Under the pieces are notes generated by a model. It worked only from the letters and a program-made list of their open reading frames with translations, was not told where the DNA came from and made no database searches. 64,000 nt of DNA, from the NCBI GenBank assembly GCA_903861145.1, contig CAIOTH010000145.1, positions 14,750-78,749 of the forward strand, given 5' to 3'. This DNA is from an uncultured Bacteroidota bacterium. GTDB lineage: Bacteria > Bacteroidota > Bacteroidia > Chitinophagales > LD1. Made by a program: the position numbers and the translations under genes. Below are positions 17,973 through 27,360 of this stretch, in pieces (the first letter of the stretch is position 1; each line of letters opens with the position of its first letter).

Positions 17973-18812
17973 ATGTATAACTTATTTCGATTTTTTCTAC
18001 GTTATCATCTCTTTATACTGTTTATTTCACTCGAGGTTTTTTGCTTCTACCTTACCTATCGTTCTCAAAAATATAACCAGGCAGCTTACAGTAATTTTGC
18101 AAGTGGTGTTAGTGGCCGCATGTACGAAAGCTACACCGGCATTACCGATTACCTGTACCTTAGAAAAATGAGCGATAGCCTGGTGAACGAAAACGCAGCC
18201 CTCCGTCAAAAGCTTATTGAGTCTAAATTTGATAACCTGGTTGATTCGGCCAGGACGATTGATACCACAGGCCGCTACGTACAGCACTTTACCTACATAA
18301 CCGCCAGGGTAATTCGCAACTCAGTTAACCAGGCCTCAAATTTAATTTACTTAAACAGGGGTAAACTACAGGGGTTAACTCGACAAATGGGGGTCTTCAA
18401 TTCAAACGGCATTGTGGGCCAGGTAATAGGCGTTACTGATAATTATGCGGCCGTAATGAGCGTTTTAAGCAAAGATTTTAAAGTAAGTGCTAAGCTTAAA
18501 AAAAGCGAGTACTTTGGTAACATGCATTGGGATGGTATCAATTCAACAACAGCAACATTAGAAGAAATACCGAAGCATGTGCCGGTAAAAATTGGTGATA
18601 CCATTGTTACAAGTGGGTTTTCAGAATTATTTCCGCGCAATATTATGATTGGCACTGTAAAGAAGGTAATGATGAAACCGGATAAGAATTTTTTGGATAT
18701 TACGGTCAATCTTTCAACTGATTTCGGCAACCTGAGTTATGTATATGTAGTAAAGAATATGCGACGCAATGAATTACAATTATTAGACAGTCTTGTAAAA
18801 AGAAATGATTAA
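17973..18812 (+). CDS. mreC: Rod shape-determining protein MreC
   Basis: N-terminal TM plus coiled coil (LVNENAALR), GIVGQV, GDTIVTSG; position in the mre operon. Confidence 0.94.
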   Translation: MYNLFRFFLRYHLFILFISLEVFCFYLTYRSQKYNQAAYSNFASGVSGRMYESYTGITDYLYLRKMSDSLVNENAALRQKLIESKFDNLVDSARTIDTTGRYVQHFTYITARVIRNSVNQASNLIYLNRGKLQGLTRQMGVFNSNGIVGQVIGVTDNYAAVMSVLSKDFKVSAKLKKSEYFGNMHWDGINSTTATLEEIPKHVPVKIGDTIVTSGFSELFPRNIMIGTVKKVMMKPDKNFLDITVNLSTDFGNLSYVYVVKNMRRNELQLLDSLVKRND

Positions 18813-19326
18813 TCAAATACCTATTAATCTCTTACGGTTCATCTTTTTGTTGCTGGCTCAACTGCTCATTTTCAGCAATGTAAACTTTAGCTCGTTTATT
18901 AATCCTTATGTCTTCCCTTTGTTTATTTTATTGCTGCCCTTCGAAACACCCCGCTGGTTATTAATGCTGCTGGGGTTTTCAGCCGGGTTTGCACTCGATG
19001 TATTTCTTGGCTCAATGGCTATGCATGCAGCGGCAGGCCTGCTTATAGGCTATTCAAGGCCTTTTTTGATTAGCATTATTACCCCAAAAGGAACCGAGTT
19101 TGAAATAAGCCCCAACGTTTATGCCCAGGGCCTTACCTGGTTTGTTGTTTATTTAGGAGTTGCCACTACGGTTTATCTCACCTTCTATTTTTTAATGGAG
19201 GCGGCAACCTTTCTAAACCTGTTTTTCCTTGTCCTCAAAGTTATTTTAAGCGTTATTATGTCGGTGGCTTTTATGCTTATCTTTCTGTATCTTTTTTCAT
19301 CGAAAAAGCAGAGAAGATTTGTTTAA
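18805..19326 (+). CDS. mreD: Rod shape-determining protein MreD
   Basis: Small polytopic membrane protein overlapping the mreC stop; YVFPLFILLLP and GFALDVF. Confidence 0.88.
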   Translation: MINQIPINLLRFIFLLLAQLLIFSNVNFSSFINPYVFPLFILLLPFETPRWLLMLLGFSAGFALDVFLGSMAMHAAAGLLIGYSRPFLISIITPKGTEFEISPNVYAQGLTWFVVYLGVATTVYLTFYFLMEAATFLNLFFLVLKVILSVIMSVAFMLIFLYLFSSKKQRRFV

Positions 19327-19517
19327 GATTTGCTTAATCGGTTGCTACAAATTGGTTAAAAAACCTAAAGTAGCAGGGCAAATAACTATGTATATTGGAC
19401 GTGCTTAAAACTATAAGAACAGCGGTTGCGTTTTAAGCTTGCAAATACGATAAGAGGTAATAAAACCAGGTTGTAGTGTTTCGAAATTCTGTTGGGAAGT
19501 AAACCAACGCGGGTGTT

Positions 19518-21410
19518 GTGAGTAAAGATATATTTAAAAACAGGTATAATATTGTCCAGGCAATCATCGTAACGTTTGCCGTCATTTTTGTGCTGCGGTT
19601 ATTCTACCTGCAGGTTATAGACCGTAAGTACGTATCGCTGGCACGTAACAATGCAGTTAAGGAGCTCGATGTTTATCCTACCCGCGGTTATGTTTACGAC
19701 CGCAACGGCGAGTTAATAGTTTACAACGAAGCTATTTACGATTTGCTGGTAATTCCCCGTCAGGCTAAGGGTATTGATACCGTTAAACTTTGTGAGCTAT
19801 TGGGTATTGGTAAAGACGATTACATAGCCCGTATGGCCACTATGCATAGCGCCAAAGGGTTTTCTTCTTACAAGCCGAATGTATTTATGAAACAGCTTTC
19901 GCTGAAAGACTATTCGCGCTTACAGGAGTACCTTTATCTTTTCCCGGGTTTTTACGGGCAGGTTCGTACCATCCGCAAATACCCACACCGGTGCGGTGCC
20001 ACTATTTTGGGCGATATTGGCGAAGTTGATGACAGGCAAATAGAGGAATCGAAGGGATATTATAAACCCGGTGATTATGTAGGGAAAAGTGGAATAGAAA
20101 AAGTGTATGAACACGAATTAGGAGGCAAGCGCGGCAAAAAATTTGTTTTTGTAGATGTGCACAATCGCGAAATGGGAAGCTTCAACAATGGCTACTTTGA
20201 TACCATTGCAAGATCCGGAGATAATGTAATTACTACTCTTAACATTAAGCTACAGGAATACGCCGAGAAACTGATGGCTAACAAAAAAGGCAGCATTGTT
20301 GCTATTGAACCCGGCACCGGCGAAATTTTGGCGCTTGTAAGCAGCCCCGGTTACGACCCTAACTTATTGTGTGGTGCTGTGCGTGGCGAGAACTTCAAAA
20401 GTTTACTAACCGATTCGTTATTGCCCCTTTATTCGCGCCCTACATTAGCAACTTATCCTCCGGGTTCAGCTTTTAAACCGGTGGTAGCCCTTATTTCTTT
20501 GCACGAGAAAGTGCAGGGTATTAACTACACCGTGCCTTGCAATGGTATGTATATTTTTGCAGGCTTATCGCTGCATTGTTCTCACCACCATCCTTCGGCC
20601 ACTAACATCCAGTACGCGCTTGAGCAATCATGCAATCCATATTTTTGGCAAACATTTCGTAATGCTATTGAAAACAGGGCCTTTGGTTCAACGGGCGAGA
20701 GTTATGGCAAGTGGGTAGAACTTTGCCACAGCTTCGGGCTGGGTATACGCACCGGTGTTGATTTGCCAAGCGAAGTGAGCGGTAACATACCTACCGTTCA
20801 TTATTTCAACAAATTATATGGCGAAAACAGGTGGCATTCGGCCAATATTATTTCGTTGGGCATTGGCCAGGGTGAAATATTGGTAACGCCTATACAACTT
20901 GCAAATTTATATGCCTGCATAGGCAACCAGGGTTATTACATTACCCCACATATAGTAAAAAGAATAACCGATCCCGAAACCAACAAGGATCTAACCCGCC
21001 ATTACGAAAAGCATACCGCATTAATTGATGCAGAACATTTTCCGCCGGTTGTTGAGGGCTTGTTTGATGTGGTTGAAGCCGGAACTGCACGAGCCGCCCA
21101 CGTAAACGGTATTACCCTTTGCGGAAAAACCGGCACCGCTCAAAATCCGCACGGCGATAACCACTCCATGTTTGCAGGTTTTGCGCCTAAAGACACGCCT
21201 AAAATTTCTATCGCTGTTATTGTAGAAAATGGCGGCTTTGGTGCCGATTATGCCGCTCCTATTGCAAGCTTACTGGTCGAAAAATATTTGAATGACACCA
21301 TTCAAACCAGCCGCTTACCGCTTGAGAAGCGAATGATGGAAGGAAACTTGTTGAGCAAATACGGGGTTAAAACAAACAAGACTTTGAAAATGAATTTAGA
21401 GGGTGAATAA
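19518..21410 (+). CDS. mrdA: Penicillin-binding protein 2
   Basis: PTRGYVYDRNG; transpeptidase motifs YPPGSAFK (SxxK), SCN (SxN) and KTGTAQ; GTG start. Confidence 0.95.
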   Translation: MSKDIFKNRYNIVQAIIVTFAVIFVLRLFYLQVIDRKYVSLARNNAVKELDVYPTRGYVYDRNGELIVYNEAIYDLLVIPRQAKGIDTVKLCELLGIGKDDYIARMATMHSAKGFSSYKPNVFMKQLSLKDYSRLQEYLYLFPGFYGQVRTIRKYPHRCGATILGDIGEVDDRQIEESKGYYKPGDYVGKSGIEKVYEHELGGKRGKKFVFVDVHNREMGSFNNGYFDTIARSGDNVITTLNIKLQEYAEKLMANKKGSIVAIEPGTGEILALVSSPGYDPNLLCGAVRGENFKSLLTDSLLPLYSRPTLATYPPGSAFKPVVALISLHEKVQGINYTVPCNGMYIFAGLSLHCSHHHPSATNIQYALEQSCNPYFWQTFRNAIENRAFGSTGESYGKWVELCHSFGLGIRTGVDLPSEVSGNIPTVHYFNKLYGENRWHSANIISLGIGQGEILVTPIQLANLYACIGNQGYYITPHIVKRITDPETNKDLTRHYEKHTALIDAEHFPPVVEGLFDVVEAGTARAAHVNGITLCGKTGTAQNPHGDNHSMFAGFAPKDTPKISIAVIVENGGFGADYAAPIASLLVEKYLNDTIQTSRLPLEKRMMEGNLLSKYGVKTNKTLKMNLEGE

Positions 21411-21434
21411 GAAAGCGGAATAGAATTAATAAAC

Positions 21435-22694
21435 GTGGCGAGAAACGAATCATTAACAGGTAAAATTGACTGGATAACAGTAATGCTATATGCGGCGCTG
21501 GTATTTATAGGCTGGGCCGTTATATACTCTTCGGTTTACACCGATGAAGGCAAAAGCATTTTCAATGCCACAACAAATAGCGGCAAACAGTTTCAATGGA
21601 TGATTGGTTGCGTAATTATTGGCGCTATAATTCTAATTGTCGACTCACGGTTTTATGTAACTTTTGCTTATCCCATATTTGGCTTTATGCTGCTGTTCGC
21701 AACATCGGTTATGTTTATTGGCACCGTGGTAAAGGGTCAGCGCAATTGGATACACATCGGAAGCTTTTCCATGCAGCCTTCCGAGCTGCTAAAATTTTCA
21801 GTAAGCCTTGGGGTGGCCAAGTTTTTATCGGGCCTCAACGTTGATATCCGCAAATGGAAAGACAAGTGGAAGATATTTGCCGTTGTATTTGTTCCTGCGG
21901 CTATTATTTTAATTCAAGGCGATGCCGGCTCAGCAATTGTTTTCTCTGTATTTGCTCTTGTACTTTTTAGAGAAGGCCTTGAACCGTACTTTTTGATTGT
22001 TGGAGCAGCAGTTATAACACTTTCTGTTATGGCACTGGTGCTTAGCCCGGCTATTATTGCCGCGGCGCTGGCCGCCATAACTGCGCTACTTATTTACCAG
22101 TTAAAAAAGAAAAAGAAAATAATCTGGTACATCGTTGGTATTTATTTGCTTTCAACCGGCTATGTGTTTTCGGTTAACTATGGCTTTAATAAAGTTTTGA
22201 AGTCGCACCAAAAAGACCGCATTAATGTATTGCTGGGTAAGGAAGTTGAAAATGGTAAGGATTGGAACATCAGGCAATCAATAATTGCCGTAGGGTCCGG
22301 TGGGTTTTGGGGCAAAGGGTATTTAAACGGCACCCAAACAAAACTGAAGTTTGTACCCGAGCAGAGCACTGATTTTATTTTTAGTTCGATAGGAGAGGAG
22401 TTTGGATTTGTTGGTAGTACTTTCCTGGTGCTTATTTATCTCGCACTGTTTTATAGGTTGCTGTACCTGGCTGAGCGACAACGATCCAAATTCAGCCGTG
22501 TTTACGGTTACTGTGTTGTAGGCATTTTATTTTTTCACTTCCTTATTAATATGGGTATGGCCATAGGCGTCGCACCGGTTATCGGTATCCCGTTGCCATT
22601 TATAAGTTATGGCGGGTCCTCATTACTGGCGTTTACCATCCTCCTCTTTGTATTTATCCGCCTTGATACTCAGCGCTACGAGCAAATGAGATAA
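21435..22694 (+). CDS. rodA: SEDS peptidoglycan polymerase RodA
   Basis: QPSELLK, QGDAGSA, QSIIAVGSGG, PEQSTDFIF, GIPLPFISYGGSS; GTG start. Confidence 0.96.
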   Translation: MARNESLTGKIDWITVMLYAALVFIGWAVIYSSVYTDEGKSIFNATTNSGKQFQWMIGCVIIGAIILIVDSRFYVTFAYPIFGFMLLFATSVMFIGTVVKGQRNWIHIGSFSMQPSELLKFSVSLGVAKFLSGLNVDIRKWKDKWKIFAVVFVPAAIILIQGDAGSAIVFSVFALVLFREGLEPYFLIVGAAVITLSVMALVLSPAIIAAALAAITALLIYQLKKKKKIIWYIVGIYLLSTGYVFSVNYGFNKVLKSHQKDRINVLLGKEVENGKDWNIRQSIIAVGSGGFWGKGYLNGTQTKLKFVPEQSTDFIFSSIGEEFGFVGSTFLVLIYLALFYRLLYLAERQRSKFSRVYGYCVVGILFFHFLINMGMAIGVAPVIGIPLPFISYGGSSLLAFTILLFVFIRLDTQRYEQMR

Positions 22695-22715
22695 ATTTTT
22701 GATGTGCAACGTTAG

Positions 22716-23732
22716 CTATCTTTTCAATAGCCCCTTCAATACAAACTTTGCTCTTGTAGTGAGCCCAAGTGGCTTTAGGGTTGAAATAGAACTTGCATGG
22801 TAATGCGTATAAGCGTTTACCCCAACATGCTCGGTCATGTTATAATTTACGTTCAGCCAAAAATCAGCCAGTTTGTGTTCGTAATAAGCCTGGCTAAAAA
22901 ACATGTCATAATTTTTAGCTGAAAATAGTTTTTCTAATAGCTTCTTGCATTGCAATAAATATTGGTCGCTGTGCTCGTAATTTTGGTAGGCAATTTCTCT
23001 AAACAAATCTAAATCGTCATTATTAACCTTCACGCCCATTATCTCAAATAGCCTTGTCTTTACCCGGTAACTATTAGCTACTTGAATATCCGAATATTTG
23101 TGCGACACTTCATTTTCGTGCTGCCGGACTTTATACAGCACTTGTTGAACATTAGCCAGTTTGGTAACGGTCGATATTCTGCTCCACAACTCATAATCTT
23201 CAGCGTGCGAAAAATCAGGATTAAAATAAAGCCCGTGTTTTTTCAAAACAGAAGTGCGAAACATGCAAGTGCCGTGCGATAAATGAATTTGATAAAGATG
23301 CTTAAAGCAAATAGTCGAATGATCGGCTGAATAGCGCGAAGAGCCTACAATCTTGTCGCCATTAAAAGTATCGAACCAGGTACCGCATAAACCAACCGTC
23401 TGGTCATTCTCCATTAACTCAAACTGCAATTGCAACCTTGTCGGCAGGCTTATATCATCTGCATCCATACGGGCAATGTATTTCCCGTTTGCCAAATCAA
23501 AGCCTTTGTTAAGCGTAGCAATCAGTTTTAAGTTGCTTTCGTTTTTGTAATAGCTAATGCGCGGGTCGGTATAGCTCTTAATTATTTCTTCCGACCGGTC
23601 GGTTGAACCATCGTTTATAATTACAAACTCAAAATCGGTAAACGTTTGATGCAGCATGCTATCAATGGCCTCGCGCAAAAAAGGTTCGGCATTGTAAACC
23701 GGCATTAATACTGTTATCGGTATTTTACTCAT
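22716..23732 (-). CDS. Glycosyltransferase family 2
   Basis: TVLMPVYNAE, INDGSTD, ARMDADD (DxD), AEDYELW. Start trimmed to ATG 23732. Confidence 0.92.
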   Translation of the reverse strand: MSKIPITVLMPVYNAEPFLREAIDSMLHQTFTDFEFVIINDGSTDRSEEIIKSYTDPRISYYKNESNLKLIATLNKGFDLANGKYIARMDADDISLPTRLQLQFELMENDQTVGLCGTWFDTFNGDKIVGSSRYSADHSTICFKHLYQIHLSHGTCMFRTSVLKKHGLYFNPDFSHAEDYELWSRISTVTKLANVQQVLYKVRQHENEVSHKYSDIQVANSYRVKTRLFEIMGVKVNNDDLDLFREIAYQNYEHSDQYLLQCKKLLEKLFSAKNYDMFFSQAYYEHKLADFWLNVNYNMTEHVGVNAYTHYHASSISTLKPLGLTTRAKFVLKGLLKR

Positions 23733-23769
23733 CGTGTTAGCGGTAATATTAAACACTTATGGGCAAATA

Positions 23770-24381
23770 TTATTCCTCATCTAACTCGTAAAGCACATAG
23801 CCTTTAAGCTCGTAGGTTGAAACCGCGACCTTTGCGGCTATGGCAATTTTAACCTCTGGTAGCATCTGCTCGTTCTTTATTTCCAAAAACTGCATGGCCT
23901 GCCCGCAGGCAATAAATTTTGCGCCTGCGTCCTCTAACTCATGTATCACCGCGGTGTTGGGGTTATCTATTTTAAATTCTTGCTTAAATGCCTCACTATT
24001 AAACAAGGCATACAAGGCCTTACCATGAGTAACAATTACCATGTCTATTTGGCTTTTGGGTATGCCAGCGGCTACATGCAGGTTTAATATTCTTCCGGCT
24101 TCTGCAAGGCCTTTATTTAGTTCCTTTACTTTGTCAGGCTCGCTACTGCCTATGCCAAGGCTTATCAGTAGTTTGTACCTTATCGTGCTATCAGGTTTTT
24201 CGGTAACGCCCGGTACCGGCAATACGCCACAGCTTACACCCGATTTAACCACAGGGTACATCCCTTTTGCCTTAAGTTTAGCCTCGCGTTTGGCCGCTGC
24301 ATCTTTCTTATCGGTAGTTTGCGCTGAGGCCCCAAATGTTGCTGCCAGGCAAAATAATAGGGCGATTAATTTTAGTTTCAT
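23770..24381 (-). CDS. Secreted DsrE/DsrF-like family protein
   Basis: Signal peptide; EAGRILNLH, IVTHGKA, KFIACGQAM (conserved Cys). Confidence 0.75.
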   Translation of the reverse strand: MKLKLIALLFCLAATFGASAQTTDKKDAAAKREAKLKAKGMYPVVKSGVSCGVLPVPGVTEKPDSTIRYKLLISLGIGSSEPDKVKELNKGLAEAGRILNLHVAAGIPKSQIDMVIVTHGKALYALFNSEAFKQEFKIDNPNTAVIHELEDAGAKFIACGQAMQFLEIKNEQMLPEVKIAIAAKVAVSTYELKGYVLYELDEE

Positions 24382-24571
24382 AATAGAGTTTGAGGTTTTC
24401 GAATATAAGGTGTTTTATTGAAGGAGTTATTTGGCTATTAATCGTAACACGCTGCAGGTATAAAGCCATGGCTTTAGTCCAAATATGCACACCGCCATTT
24501 TATTAATCATCGGTTTTCGTAATTTCGTTGGCTTGCATAAAATCCGGGCGATTAAATAAATAGCTGAAGTA

Positions 24572-25345
24572 GTGGCCAAAGAAAAAAGACATCAACATCA
24601 GGATAAAGCGCAAAAGAAGCCTACTCATACCTTTGAAGGGTTTACTTCGGGCTCTTTCTTTCGTAATGCGGTTATAATTTTTGTTTTGAGCCTGGTCTTT
24701 ATTATTATGTATAACTTAAATGGTAACAGGGCCGAATTGCCCGATCTACATAATGAGCTAAGTGACCTTAAAGAGCGGCCGGGTGACCATAGCCAGCGCA
24801 TGAGCGAAATTGCGCACCGCCTGCACGATATTGAAACCGATACGGGGTTTGTAAAGAGTTTGTTTGTTGGCTATTTTGATGACATTCACTTTGTTGCCTT
24901 TGGTATACAAGAACAATTGGATAATGCTACTTCCGAAATTAAGAAGCTGAAAGCCCAGTTCGGAAACGACAACGATGGCTACATAACCAGGGAAGATAAA
25001 TTAAGATTTAAGGTTCATACCTATTTGCTTATGGACTTAATTAACTCCAATTGCCCTCCTAACTCAGTCATTCTTTTGCCCCCGGCCGATTCGCTGGCAT
25101 CCAGTTCAAAATGGAATTTTGTTTACGACCCTATGTGGGTTGAATACTTTATTTATCCCCGCTTATGCATCGCATCGGGTAGGGAAGCTGAAAACCCTGA
25201 ATTGGCTAAACGAATTACACATGTACTAATAGTAAAAGGAATAGGCTACGATAAATTGAGGTACGATGTGCCTGCCGATAAGCGCGAACCGTTGTGCCTG
25301 TTGCCCATTAATAAACCAAAAGATAACACTCAAACTTCAAACTAA
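24572..25345 (+). CDS. Hypothetical single-TM membrane protein
   Basis: GTG start, one TM, coiled-coil periplasmic region; the stop overlaps the next ATG (TAATG). Confidence 0.7.
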   Translation: MAKEKRHQHQDKAQKKPTHTFEGFTSGSFFRNAVIIFVLSLVFIIMYNLNGNRAELPDLHNELSDLKERPGDHSQRMSEIAHRLHDIETDTGFVKSLFVGYFDDIHFVAFGIQEQLDNATSEIKKLKAQFGNDNDGYITREDKLRFKVHTYLLMDLINSNCPPNSVILLPPADSLASSSKWNFVYDPMWVEYFIYPRLCIASGREAENPELAKRITHVLIVKGIGYDKLRYDVPADKREPLCLLPINKPKDNTQTSN

Positions 25346-26748
25346 TGCTGCTGGTAGGAATTTTATTGTGTTACTTACTTGGCTGTTCAGTACTGTTCGC
25401 CATTGGCAAGAAATATACCCTGCCCGAAATAATCGGCTTCTCTTTTTTAATTGGTATTGGTATCGAATCTGTATTTCTGTTCGTTCTTGACGTGGTGCAA
25501 ATGCATTATTCCACTACAATATTGATTGGCCTTAACCTGTTATGCATAGTTGCCCTTACCTATAAGTACTCGGTTAATGTGCAGTATTTAAAAGATAGGC
25601 TTTCTGCTTTCGTACCTAAACCTAATACGATAAACTACGTGGCATTATTTCTGTTCTGTATTATCGCCTACCTGTTTTACGCTATTATGCTCAAAAACCT
25701 TTTTTGGCCACCGGCCGAAGGGGATAGCATAACCTCATTCGACAAGCTGGGCCGAATTATGGCTATTGAGGGCAAGCTTAAAATAAGCTTGTTCCAATAT
25801 AACCTGCAGGGCGCCGCAGGTATATACCCTCCACTGTTTCATGGTAGCTTTGCCTATGTTTATATTTTCGGCGCCGAAACTCCTAAAATTATTATCACCC
25901 TCTTTTTTCTTTCGTTGCTATTGCTGTTTTACCAGTTTGTTAAGAGTTATGTAGGGGCCACGGCGGCCATGCTTTTTACATTGATATTAATGGCTACACC
26001 CGAGTTATACGCACACGCGGCACTGGCCCTGGGCAATATGCCTACTGCGGCTTACATCTGTGCGGGAGTGCTGTCAATTTATACATGGATGGACAAAGGC
26101 GACAAAAAATATTTTTGGCTGGGTGCTATAATGATGGGCTTTACCGTTTGGATACGAAGCGATGCAATAGCTTTTGTTGCCGCATCTTTGTTTATAGTTT
26201 TTCTGTACACATTGAAGAGCAAAGACTTTAAGCGCTTGCTTTTGCTTGGCGCTTTCACCATCATTCCTTTTATAGGTTGGTTGTTATATGTAAAGCTAAA
26301 AATTGAAATGCCGCAGGCCAGCCGTTTTAACTTTGCCATTGGTTATAGTGCCGAAAGAATGAGCACCATGCTGGGTTATATAAAGGCATATTTATGCGCC
26401 GTTTCCTATCGCGAGGTGCACGGCGGTCAGCTATTCGGAATCGTTTTTATAAGCTTCTTTACAGCCCTTTTAATAAATATCGGATTGACATTTAAAAATG
26501 GGGCAAAAAGCATTTTCGGTAACCATAGTTTTCTACTCCTTTTCATTGCTGTATCGTTTGCTCTTTATTTTACTGAGTTCTACCTTATTAACGAGGATGT
26601 TCAGGCGGCTACAATTGCTTCGTTAATGGCCAGCTCATTTAAGCGAGGTATGTTTTACTTTATTCCGTTGGTGCTGTTCTATACAGCAACATGTTATAGC
26701 TCTAAAGTTGTATTTGATAAGCTGGAGAAATACAGAACCGCCTCTTAA
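25345..26748 (+). CDS. Polytopic membrane protein, GT-C fold (ArnT/PMT/GT39-like) glycosyltransferase candidate
   Basis: About 13 hydrophobic segments; acidic loop motif WPPAEGDS, YPPLF, IRSD. The pattern is typical of GT-C enzymes. Confidence 0.6.
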   Translation: MLLVGILLCYLLGCSVLFAIGKKYTLPEIIGFSFLIGIGIESVFLFVLDVVQMHYSTTILIGLNLLCIVALTYKYSVNVQYLKDRLSAFVPKPNTINYVALFLFCIIAYLFYAIMLKNLFWPPAEGDSITSFDKLGRIMAIEGKLKISLFQYNLQGAAGIYPPLFHGSFAYVYIFGAETPKIIITLFFLSLLLLFYQFVKSYVGATAAMLFTLILMATPELYAHAALALGNMPTAAYICAGVLSIYTWMDKGDKKYFWLGAIMMGFTVWIRSDAIAFVAASLFIVFLYTLKSKDFKRLLLLGAFTIIPFIGWLLYVKLKIEMPQASRFNFAIGYSAERMSTMLGYIKAYLCAVSYREVHGGQLFGIVFISFFTALLINIGLTFKNGAKSIFGNHSFLLLFIAVSFALYFTEFYLINEDVQAATIASLMASSFKRGMFYFIPLVLFYTATCYSSKVVFDKLEKYRTAS

Positions 26749-26752
26749 TTAT

Positions 26753-27205
26753 ATGAAATCAACGTACGTTATATTGTTTTTTGTTATCGCACTTGGTTTA
26801 CAGCTAAGCGCTCAGTCTGATTCGTCTTCTACAAGAAAGAATCTTCCTCCCAAATACGGCCAAAGGGACTCGCTTTATGCTGCAAAACTTAACTACACAG
26901 GTAATTTAATGATAGCCGGTGGAGTGGGTTTAGCCGGCGTAGGTAGTTTTTTGATTTACGAAGGGGTTAAAACATATGGCACCCCAGCAGCCCCATCAAG
27001 CACCGACCCTGCCGGCGATGTTGACCGAAACCACAAACAGGGAACCGCCTATATAGCCGCCGGTGGAATTGCCTTTATCGGCTCCGCTGTGCTTGTAGCA
27101 TTGGGTGCTAAAAACAAGATAGAGTTTAAGCAGCGTAAAAAACTCATGTCACTGCAAACCGGCTTGTTAGATAATGGGCGAACGGGTGTTATGCTTACCT
27201 TTTAA
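26753..27205 (+). CDS. Hypothetical secreted/membrane protein with two Gly-rich hydrophobic segments
   Basis: Signal peptide MKSTYVILFF...AQ, two Gly/Ala-rich helices, C-terminal Phe. Start trimmed to ATG 26753. Confidence 0.7.
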   Translation: MKSTYVILFFVIALGLQLSAQSDSSSTRKNLPPKYGQRDSLYAAKLNYTGNLMIAGGVGLAGVGSFLIYEGVKTYGTPAAPSSTDPAGDVDRNHKQGTAYIAAGGIAFIGSAVLVALGAKNKIEFKQRKKLMSLQTGLLDNGRTGVMLTF

Positions 27206-27301
27206 GCACCCAAAACATGATACTTATCAGCCTTAATAAGATCTAACGTTATTATTATTGAAAAGACTATAAACTTCCCTATTGTTTTTTGCTGCTTTTA
27301 T

Positions 27302-27309
27302 TACTTTTG
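27302..27309 (+). promoter_or_regulatory. -7 promoter box of citrate synthase
   Basis: TACTTTTG matches TAnnTTTG, about 50 nt upstream of ATG 27361. Confidence 0.55.
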
Positions 27310-27360
27310 GCCGTCCGCAAACGGCGGTAAGCTTTCAAAACCCTGTTAACCAGTTCAACC

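Noticed and set aside
19327-19517. 191-bp gap between mreD and mrdA
   Set aside because: No ORF, hairpin or repeat recognised; probably an internal promoter region.
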